From: Callorhinchus milii
Taxonomy: Eukaryota
Assembly (NCBI RefSeq): GCF_018977255.1
Contig: NW_024704742.1
Location: 27,778,001 to 27,842,000 of the forward strand
Direction of reading: 5' to 3'
Length of the DNA: 64,000 nucleotides
A model generated the notes under the pieces. That model saw only the letters and a program-made list of their open reading frames with translations. It was not told the origin of the DNA and ran no database searches. This document shows, in pieces, positions 24,957-34,645 of this stretch; the stretch's first letter is position 1; each line of letters opens with the position of its first letter. The position numbers were made by a program, and so were the translations under genes.

Positions 24957-25532
24957 GTCACATCAAGGCTTGACTACGGAAATTCCCTCCTTGTTGGCCT
25001 CCCCAACTCTTCCCTCCACAAACTGCAGATCTTCCAGAACTCTGCAACTCATATCCTCTCCTGCACCAGGCTCCGTGACCCCATCATCCCCACCCTCCCC
25101 TTGTTCCACTGGCTCCCCATCCCTCAGAAGACAGAATTAAAAATCCTCGCCCTCACTTTTAAGACCCTCCACGGCCTTGCCTCCTCCTGCATCTCTGACC
25201 TGCTGACCCCCTAATCAGCCTGTCCGCTCCCTCCACTCAGCAGGCTCTGGCCTGCGACCATCGGCGGCCAGGCTTTCAGCCTCTCTGCCCCCACTCTTTG
25301 GAACTCCATCCCACAATCCCTTCACCTTGCTCTCTCTCTTGCCTCCTTCAAGGCATGACTTAAGACCTCGTTTTTGACCATGCCTTCAGTCGCCCTCCTA
25401 CCATTTCTGCGCTCCCTCATCCCAACTCTGCCCCCTCCGCCACGCTCAAGTCCTCATCCCTGACTGTTCAGCGCCTTGGGACATCCTCCCGATGTGAAAA
25501 GGGCTTTACAAATGTAATTTTGTTGTTTTGTT
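24957..25532 (+). mobile_element. L2 LINE 3' fragment with 3' UTR and tail
   Basis: 'ccccatcatccccaccctcccc..tccactggctccccatccctcagaagacagaattaaaaatcctc' (HWLP..KI motif region). The tail is 'gcgccttgggacatcctcccgatgtgaaaagggctttacaaatgtaattttgttgtt'. Confidence 0.9.
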
Positions 25533-25959
25533 GTTACTGCTAGGTAAACAGAGGCATGTAGATTAAAGAAACTTGTCTAATGTTTTGCCTCGCCCGGGAA
25601 TCAAACCCAGATCCACTCGCTTGCGAGGCGAGCGCGACAACCACTACACTTTAGGACTCTCTAATTTATTGAACCCGAAGAAAACTTAACATTTTCATCT
25701 TTTCACTAAAATAAAGTAAAACGCTCATTTTTCTCGTAAATCTGAGAATAATTCTGCATTATATATACACATTATCTTATTCTCAAAGCGTTTCACCCAA
25801 AAAATATACAGTCGATTCACTTTACAATCTATTCTGTGAAGCGCATTGAGACGCCTCAAAGACGTGATAAGACCTATATCAAATGCAAGGATTATTCTCT
25901 GCAAAGTGTCTCATAGTTACCATTGAAACATTTCCTTCGTAGAAAATCACTTATTAAAG

Positions 25960-26300
25960 GGGACATAAAAAAAGGCTTGGCTCTTTGAGCCTAACCTGCT
26001 CTGTGATTTTATTAGATCTCGGCAGCTCTTTATCTTTCTTATCCAATTTCCCAGCTTTTACTCCACATCTCTTCATAATGTCACTTTCCAAGTATTTATT
26101 TATCTCCCGCTTAAACTCTTCAATTGATTTTACATCTGTAGCCTGCTGTAGCTGGGAGTTCCACATTCCCAGAACCCTTTATTCAAAAGTATGTTTCCTG
26201 GATTCATGTTTAACTGCCTTAATGCTAATTTTCAGATTATGTCTCCGGGTTCTTGATTGCCCTGATTGTCAATTCCATTATATTAAAGACCTCAGTTAGC
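25960..26300 (-). mobile_element. CR1 LINE 3' fragment
   Basis: Track ORF 25954..26166 WNSQLQQATDVKSIEEFKREINKYL is the CR1 ORF2 terminal motif (WN.LP....FK..LD..L). Confidence 0.8.
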
Positions 26301-29300
26301 TCCCTCCCTACTTGCCTCTAAGCAATATAGCTCACATGTTTATTCACATTTTACTATCACTAAATGCCTTCATCCCTGGTATTTTCTCAGGTAATTCCAG
26401 AAAATAAAAATTACTAACAGACTGTATACAACAATTTTCTCTCTTTCTTATGCCAAAAGGATACAATTCTCATCACAAATATTTTGGAAAACTATCCTTT
26501 TCTGAGAGCAACAATGCAAATGAACATTTTCTCCACAGTTTTCCTGAAGGCTACATGATTTCAAATCAGATACTAACCTAGGGGCTTGTACCAATCTTCA
26601 CAATTATTGATGTGGAGACCTGATGCATGCGTTTTTATTCATTAGAAATACATTTTGTCCTAAGGCTACAAGGGCTTGCCAATGCAAGATCTTACAAAGT
26701 CATAGCTAGGCATGTTTTTAAAGAGGCAAACTGGTGTCATTTCTCATTGTCATCTTCCATTGTCGTTAAACGTCTCTGGGACGCTACTTGTGGGAAGGGC
26801 AATTTATAAATGCAAGTGGCTGTTGTATTTGCAAGTACGGAAAATGTCCTCTCCAGGCTTATTGTTCTTCTATCTTATATTAAGTTAGGCCGCTTTGAAT
26901 GTTTTCGTCACTCAAAAATAATTCTTACTGGGCCAGCATTCAAAGTGGTAGGAGCCAAGGCATTTCTGCCAGGTTTGGGCAACTAACATTATTCATAATA
27001 ATAATAATATCTTGGTGAACATATTGACATTGTATTCTGTATTCTGATGTTCTGTCAGTCAAGATGTACCCATTCAGAAATTGGCTGGCTGGCTCTCATT
27101 TCTTTAATTATTTTTCTACAAAATACAGTCACTACACTTGACAGTAAATCCTGTGGAATGCTTTCAGACATGTTCCCGACTTGAAAGGCGCGATATCAAA
27201 TGCAAGGGTTATGATTACTTTATTATTACAGGTCTTCTTCAAGTTTGCTTCTAATGATTGATTTTTCAGTTTTCCTATTCTTGAGGTCAGACTAATTGGT
27301 CTGTCGTTACCAGGTAGGGCTCTGTCACATCTCGTGAATATGGGAAGCACGTTTGCAACACGCATTGTGCAATGGAAAGTACATTTTAAAATGCTATAGA
27401 AGGTAAAATACTCCAGAATTATGACAAAGCAAACATAAGGGGCTATATTTCTGCTGTGATTATTCTGCAATTTTTAAATTAATTCCATACCAATTTAAAT
27501 GGGGGTTTAGACAGTGCAGTTCACACCTTTATATAAGCACAGAGAGTACAAATCACACTGGCTATTGAAAGCTATAGGGAGCTTCCAAGAGTGTGATTTT
27601 TAATGCTATTAAAGAACCAATCTTGTGAAATTTTTGAAAATGTATCAGACTCAATTTGGAAATCTTAAAGAAAAACTGTGACAAACAAACACTTCCAAAT
27701 TAAAACTATGTAAGATTGTTCCAAAAAAATTTACACGATCTGTTAAGATCTTTAGGCTAAAACAGGAGCAAAATTGGGCCTCAGATAGGATGAACATATG
27801 TCCCCAATTTCCAGGGATAGCCCTTGGATGAGGTATCATGTCCTTGGCCAAATTTGCTTGAGCTCAGCTGCAAACTGAACAAGAACATTCTAAAACAGAT
27901 CCACTCACCAGAGAAATACAGCCATTAATCCAACATGCTTTTCCAGTACTGCCAACATCAGCAGTTGTGGTGAGTTCATTTTTTTAATACATGTCCCTGG
28001 ATTTGTTTTACAAAATAAGGTTACCTTACCTCAGACTTGCACACAGCAAGGCTTCTGCTTTGTTTTTTTTTTGCGCTATGTTCAGGCATTGAATTTTGGG
28101 GATTTATTCCTGTTCAAACTAAACCAGTCTGCCTAGTCAAGCTTCAGAAAGCCTGCATTCCCTAATCAGTATCCATTACAGGTACTAAAATGAATCCTTG
28201 CATGCTGAAATGTGTGATAACCACCATAACTTCTCATTCATTATTGCCGTAATATTGCTGCAGTATTTCTTGCTATGAGACATAATTGCAAGGTAATAGA
28301 ATCATTAGTATCCAAACTCTCCAGGAGCTAGCTGTGCATTAAAGAGTAAAAGTAACACAAGCTGTTCTAGATTAAAATCCCACAAACATTATTAAACAAT
28401 CAGCTTTATCAAATTTCCTGGCTATAAAATAACATTTTCACCACAATAAACTTTTGCATTTCTGTGAATTTATTTTTCTGTAAAATTACTGCAGTAGAAT
28501 AAGTCCCAAGTGCTCAGCTATAAAACAGCTTGGTATCATTAGAAGAGAATTGTATTAGAACACCATCACTTTTCTCCTTATGTAAACCTGTAATTTTATG
28601 GTGTGGTTTTTATTTTTATTGAAATTCTATGCAAGTACAGATGAATGTAATTAAAAGGTGTTTTACACCAACCTGTTGTGCCCACAAATTATGATGACGC
28701 TACCTTTGCCATCTGCTTGAATGTCTTATATTCCTGTGTTCTTATTGCTTTATGCAACTGCTCAACACGATTGCAGATCTGAAGCTGCTTGCAATGAAGC
28801 AAATATTTTAGCCATTGTTTGGTTTGCATGGATGACATTTCAATCCGGTGAGCTGTTGCATTAATATTTTAATAGTGATAACCTTATGCTGGCAAAACAT
28901 GAGAATGTCAGAGAGAGGGTTCAATATGTAGTGTCATGTAAAACAGGTTTCTTTGGTTGTAGATTATTTGTCCACAAAACACACAGTAATTATATTTTAC
29001 TTTACATCCCGTGAAGGGCTTTGAGAGATCCTCCTGATGTGAAATGCACTATACCAAACGTAAGATAGCTGTGGTTGGAACAAAGCAACATTTTAGCTAT
29101 TGTTTGGATGAGTGACACTTTGATTCGGGAGGTGAGAATTGGATTATTATCTTAATAGTGGTATCCTTATGTAAAACACAGTTGTGATAGAAATATACAG
29201 AATGGAGGAAGGCCATTCAGCCCATCCTGTCATCATCCCACCAGCTTGTTGACAAGTGAGAATTAAAAGTTTGGGGGAAAGCTGGGCAGTTAAAAAGTAT

Positions 29301-31044
29301 TCATCCATGTCTATTTTATAGTCTTCAAAATTAATAGCTTGGAAATACTGATCACAGCAAGCCATGAAATGTGTCAGTTTAAAGTAATCTACTGCTGACG
29401 TTTTAACTGAGCAGTTAAAACCCTGGCAGATGTCACTGTTAGGATCTTAGTTTTCTGATCGAGGAAAAAGGTGAAGCCATTTTACTTCATTTGAACGCTG
29501 TTAAAATGTTTTAGTCGAATAGAATATAAATACAACAGCACTGTATAATTCTGTTTGTTAATTCTGTGTGGACATTGGACAGTCGTGTATAAATAAGTAG
29601 ATAATTTGTCAGGTATTGCGGGATCAATAGCTGCTGTTGAATAAGCTAGCAGATACGACTTCACTGTGCATTAGAGATGCTAAGAATTCTTCTGATTTCT
29701 ATGCAATACAGATTCCAATCAAAATCTATTTACCGATATTGGCAGAAGTTAATAGCATTAAAGTGAGCTGAGGGCAATAGACAACTGCATGTGCAGCTTA
29801 GGATTTAATGTGCATACAGTGAAAACCCTGATTATAAGAAGCTTCTGCTTTATTTCTTGCCAGCGTGCTGCTCTTTTCAAGTGGTGCTCAGTATTGCCTA
29901 CAATTCAAACTTATATCTAGCATAATGTTCCCAGTTTTCTGCAGTGTTTTAATGAAGATATCATCTATCCATGAAGAAGTAAATTTTCTTTTAATGCTGC
30001 CTGGGTGTAAATGTCCTTGCTTTGCAATGTATATCTTAAAGACAAAGGGACAATATTTGCGATCAGGCGTTTCACTTATGTCACATACCTCTTCTCTTTC
30101 TTGATCTTAGTGTTCTGAATTGTGAATATTGATCGTGAAGTGTGTGAAATGCTCTGGCAGTCTGTGATCTCGCAAGCTTTAATTGCAACTGGTTGTCCAG
30201 AAGATCCCAAATCCTGAAATAAAGGCTGTGAAAATGCCAGAGTGTTTCCCAGCTGACATCAAATAATCCACAAAACAATACTCTGTATTCGATTGAATAA
30301 CAGTGTATTTATGTAATTCAGCTTTTGGTAGTTTCAGCCAGAATCCATTAGGTACTATGATACGAATGTTCATATTTTATACCTGTAAAATGTGACACAA
30401 GATAATCCAAGTGCTTCAATATTATATTAGATACATTTTCTATTATAGATCATCTTTCAGAATTTAGGTGAAAGGCTAAAAGGATAGATGTTTGATTTAA
30501 GTATTCATTAGCCATTTGTGCATATTATAATTCTTGACTATTGGTATTTCTGAATTTATTTTTTGAAAGTCGTTAAAAAGAATTATGGGAAGTGCCAAAC
30601 AAGTATAGCGTACTCTTTATTGCTTTGTTAACAGCTGTGTCCTATGCAAATTAAATTGTTTCTACCTCATTTGACAAAAAGATAATAAATCAGAAATGCA
30701 AAGAGTGGCAGCACTTGTTAGCTGTGACTCTTGAAGCTTGCATCACAGCCGAATAGACTGATTATTCCAAGCAGGTCAATTGTTCTGGCTGACATACACT
30801 CTAAAATTAAAAGATGAAAAGGTGAAATAGCTTTATCGTTGCCATAATTGAAAGCCTGAAGGAAGGCTTTAACTGTATTGGGGATGATGAATACCTTTTA
30901 CCCTCTTTTACTATTTGAGAGAGAAATATGCAGTGTTATGGATGGCAAACTCTTGAGCACTATTCCTTCTGAAAATGCTGTGATTGTGAGGTTGAATTCA
31001 AAGTGAGAAATGTTAATGCAGGATATACATGAAAATAGTATGCA

Positions 31045-31080
31045 TCTCTGACGTGTGGATATCATTGAATATTTTTTCAG
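31045..31080 (+). promoter_or_regulatory. Branch point and 3' splice acceptor of the FH1 exon
   Basis: Branch-point-like 'tctctgac' about 30 nt upstream of 'attttttcag'; the acceptor gives phase-0 entry into the open frame. Confidence 0.75.
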
Positions 31081-33177
31081 ATTGCAAAGTTAACTGAAGA
31101 TCTGCAAGGAATGAAGATGAAAGTTTACTTTCCGAACGATAAAGAGGAAAGTCAAGACCTCTTGATGTTGCCGTCATCTCCAATATCTGACCAAGCATGT
31201 CTTCAACCGTTCACACCAGCTCTTCCACTTTCGGATCACACTGGGTTGCCTCCCCCACCTTGTCTGCCGCCTCCCCCTCCTACTCCTTTAAGTGCTGAAC
31301 GAATGCCTCTGTCACCACATCACCTGCCATCCTCCCCTAAACTTGCCAAGGCTCCTGCTGTCCCTGTTTCCCATAGTGCACAATGCATGAAGCCAACTGC
31401 CTCAGAGATTTTTTTCCCCTCATCGGGGTTAGACACACATTTTCCAGTCACTGCATCATCCTATTTTTCTGATGTTAAAAGGTATCCTTCATTTTTGGCA
31501 TTGCCTGCTGCTAGAGAACCGGCATCTCCAATATTACCAAGCTTTGGAAAACGATCTATGGCATCACAGCCAGGTGGAACTCAAGGTCATCTTCAGACGG
31601 GTTCAGAAGATCATCAGCTTCCCACACCACCTCCCCTGCCTGCTACTAAATGTTATCTCCCACCTCCTTCACCCCTTCGACTGCAAGGAACTCAGCAACA
31701 TTCTTCGCTTGCTCAATCAGCTTCACTGTTGGACACTGGACAGCAGAAGCTTTCAACTTTTCTTCATGAAGAACCAAGTGCCAGACAATATCTTCTATCT
31801 ACTTCATCTCCTCCACAGCCAGAGACAGGACATCATTCATTCCCTTTGCCCCCAACACCACCTCCACTTCCAGGCACTGGTCAATATTTTATCCCTCCAC
31901 TGCCACCAACACCACCACCCCTGCCAGGTGTTGGACTATATCCCCCACCACCCACCCCGCCTCCTTTACCTTCACTCCTACTACCAGTTCCTGTACATCT
32001 TCCTCCGCCACCTACCTTTCTTGCTCTGTTGCCACCAACAACACCTCCATTTGGTACTGGTGACCTTCCCCCTGCTTCTCCTCTCAAAACTACAGACGGT
32101 TCCTCTCCTTTGGCCTCTGGCATTCGAAGTCCACTTCCATATCCTCTACTGGGTGCTCGAGTTCTTCCTCTTCCTCCTCCACCAGGCACAGTTCCACCTA
32201 TTCCTACGTCTCTTCTGCGTACTTTTCCTCCTTCTCCACCTCCTCTCCCAGATACTATACCTTCTTCTGCACCCCTGTTGCCAGGCACTGTACTTCCTTC
32301 CCCACCCCCATTGCCAATCACCGTTCCTCCTTCACCTCCTCCATTACCAGGCACTATGCCTCCTTCCACACCTCCTCCACCAGGCACTGTTCCTCCTCCT
32401 CCACCTTTTTTATCAGGTGTCTGTGCATCTGCTTTTCCACTTTGTCTACCCAGTGCTAGAGTTCCCCCTCCTCCTCTCCCTCCTGCGTTACCAAACACTG
32501 GAAGTCCTCAGCTGCCACCCCATCTGCCTGGTACTGGAGGTCTTCCTCCTCCACCTTGTACTGGTCCTCCTCTGCCACCCTCTCTACCTAACACTAGAGG
32601 GCTACCTCCTCCTCCACCTCCTCCCCTGCCACCACCATTACTAGGTACTGGACATTCTCCTTCTCCTTGCACTAGAGGTCTTTATCCTCCAACAGACACT
32701 GGATTTCTCCCACCATCTCCTCCACAGGCTATTAAGGATTTAATTCCTCCTCCCTCCCCACCTCCTCCACCTCCTCTACCAGGGGCTGGGAATCATCCTC
32801 CCCCACCAGGCAATGGCCCTCCCCCTCCACCACCACATATACCATTTACCAGAGGTCTCCCTCCTCCTATCCCACCTCCTTTGCCATGCAATGGAGGTCC
32901 TGCTCTGCCATCTCCGCTAGCATTCACTGGTCCTCCTCCCTCACCTCTGCTGGGCATTAAGGGCCCTCCTCTTCCACCTTCCACAATGGGTGTTGGAGCA
33001 TTGTTTCCCCCTCCACCTCCTCCACCTCCCCCACGTCTCCCCTTAGGTGCGGTGGTCCCTGTTCCACCTGGAGGACTAACCAACACTGCTCAGATTGCTC
33101 CAGGGTTACGTCACAGTCTGCAACCCAAAAAAGAATACAAGCCTGTGGTTCCACTGAAAAGAGCGAACTGGTCTCAG
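31081..33177 (+). CDS. DIAPH1: Internal coding exon of a Diaphanous-related formin (DIAPH1-like): coiled-coil end, very long proline-rich FH1 region, start of FH2
   Basis: Stop-free frame of 699 codons, in frame with track ORF 31111..33189. It is bounded by acceptor 'attttttcag|ATT' and donor 'CAG|gtaaga'. The N-terminus IAKLTEDLQGMK resembles DIAPH1 VAKLTKELEDAK. The C-terminus LQPKKEYKPVVPLKRANWSQ resembles the DIAPH FH1/FH2 junction [20 protein letters not shown], where DIAPH genes have an intron (comparisons from memory). Many PPPLPG-type tracts. The formin/DIAPH family call is strong; the paralogue call (DIAPH1 vs 2/3) is less certain. Confidence 0.85.
32161..32424 (+). repeat. Coding tandem repeat, 33-bp (11-aa) period, about 8 degenerate units, within FH1
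   Basis: Units VLPLPPPPGTV / PPIPTSLLRTF / PPSPPPLPDTI / PSSAPLLPGTV / LPSPPPLPITV / PPSPPPLPGTM / PPSTPPPPGTV / PPPPPFLSGVC start at 32161, 32194, 32227, 32260, 32293, 32326, 32359 and 32392. Confidence 0.85.
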
Positions 33178-33183
33178 GTAAGA
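33175..33183 (+). promoter_or_regulatory. 5' splice donor of the FH1 exon
   Basis: CAG|GTAAGA, close to consensus. The unspliced read-through stops 3 codons later (VRH*). Confidence 0.85.
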
Positions 33184-33210
33184 CACTGATATAGTTTTCT
33201 GACATCTGGA

Positions 33211-33855
33211 AAAGTCCTGTAGCGTATTGGTTAGAGCAGTCGTCTCGCAAGCGAGAGGATGTATGTTTAATTTGTTACCCAAGTTTCTTTACTCCACAGA
33301 CCTCTGTTTACCTAGCAGTAAGTAGGAACCCAGCTGTTAGTTGATTGGTAGATCACTTTTCCTAGGATAATAATCCCTTTTAAAAAAAGGAAAACAATCA
33401 AATAATTTACTTACTTCAATCCATGACTGTTTGTGGGACACTGCTGTGTGCAATTGGCTGCCAGGTTTTGCCCACAAAATATATAGTCAATTCACAAGAA
33501 CATAAGAAATGCTAGATGAAAAAAAAGATTCATCTAGTTTGCCTTCAACCTTCCTGGTGGTTCCATGCACATTTGTCCCGAACTACCTATTTACTGTATC
33601 CCACAATGTTATTTCCTAAAAGAAAACTATCTACTCTGTGTTTGAAGAATCAACACTTGCTGCTTCAACTGTGTCCCGAAAGTGCCTCTTCCACGGGTTT
33701 ACTATTCGCTCACTAAAATTATGTTTCCGTAAATTTGTTTTGAATTAACCCCCCTTCAATCGTAGAATATCACTTTACAGAATATTCTGTGAAGCCCTTT
33801 GAGAGGTCTCGAAGACGTGACAAGGCGCTAGATCAAATGCAAGGATTATTATTAT
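33211..33855 (+). mobile_element. SINE family A long form, split by a CR1 3' fragment
   Basis: Head 'agtcctgtagcgtattggttagagcagtcgtctcgcaagcgagagg'. The body runs to 'gtcaattcac' and resumes 'tcactttacagaatattctgtgaagc' near 33770. Confidence 0.88.
33495..33768 (-). mobile_element. CR1-type 3' fragment nested in a SINE
   Basis: 'aagaacataagaaatgctagatg...' is the reverse complement of a CR1 (ttcttatg)n terminus; 'tcac' occurs at both junctions. Confidence 0.65.
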
Positions 33856-34344
33856 CTTGCAAAACAAAATCCAAGTTATTATTCATATCAAGATATGAAA
33901 GGTAAAAAAATACGCAACCTATTACCATACCATGTCACAGTAAAATAGCATCAGAACCATTACAAATCATCTCTCATTAGAAGTTAGTGGTAAAGTTTCA
34001 ACCTGAACATTCGGAGAAACTTCATCAAACTATTCCTGAAGGCTTGAGTGTCATACTAAGACGTGTGAAGAATATCTTGCCTTTGTTGATTTGAACTAGA
34101 CACCAGATAGATTATGAAAATGTGATCCTGTTTATTCAAGCTGAGAATCAATTTATCAGCAATGCTACAGAAAGGTTAGTATAAAGCTGCAGCAAGTTCA
34201 TTTCCATTCCAAAATTGCCTGGTGAAATGCAAAACAATATAGCATATGTAAGATCCCAATAGCATTGCAGCAAAGTCTCCATATAAGTGTCAGTGAAACC
34301 TATCCATAGAGACTAACTATTGTGTTGTTACATTAACTTTCTGT

Positions 34345-34645
34345 GGAGTCCTGTAGCTCAGTGGTTAGAACATTCGCTTTGCAAGCGAGAGATCTGAGTT
34401 CAATTCCAGGCAGAGGGCGAAACCTTGGGCAAGTTTCCTTTCTCCACACAGAGCCTAATAATAATCCCTCCAAAACCAAAAACAATAATTAAATTGGTCA
34501 TTTTCAATCTATGACTGTTTGTGGGACATTGCTGTGCGTTCGCCCACAAATATACAGTCAATTCATTTTACAGTGTGTTCTATGAAGCGCTTTGGGACGT
34601 CCTCCCGACGTGAAAAGTGCTATATCAAATGCAAGGATTATTATT
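34345..34645 (+). mobile_element. SINE family A short form, full length
   Basis: 'ggagtcctgtagctcagtggttagaacattcgctttgcaagcgagag' head; tail 'gcgctttgggacgtcctcccgacgtgaaaagtgctatatcaaatgcaaggattattatt'. Confidence 0.92.

Larger units (their letters stand above)
24420..25660 (-). mobile_element. SINE family A long form, split by two later insertions
   Basis: Tail and body at 24420-24647, a 'tacttact' remnant near 24947-24954, and the head at 25533-25660 ('ttactgctaggtaaacagaggc...cgcttgcgaggcgag...taggactc'). Together they rebuild one consensus copy. Confidence 0.8.

Noticed and set aside
31472..32644. 390-aa His/Leu-rich overlapping ORF on the + strand
   Set aside because: Shifted-frame shadow of CCN proline codons (CCA CCT gives CAC/CTC). 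C-rich sequence is depleted of stops and there is no independent evidence.
31881..33086. Gly-rich antisense ORFs (205 aa and 97 aa)
   Set aside because: Reverse-complement shadows of the polyproline exon.
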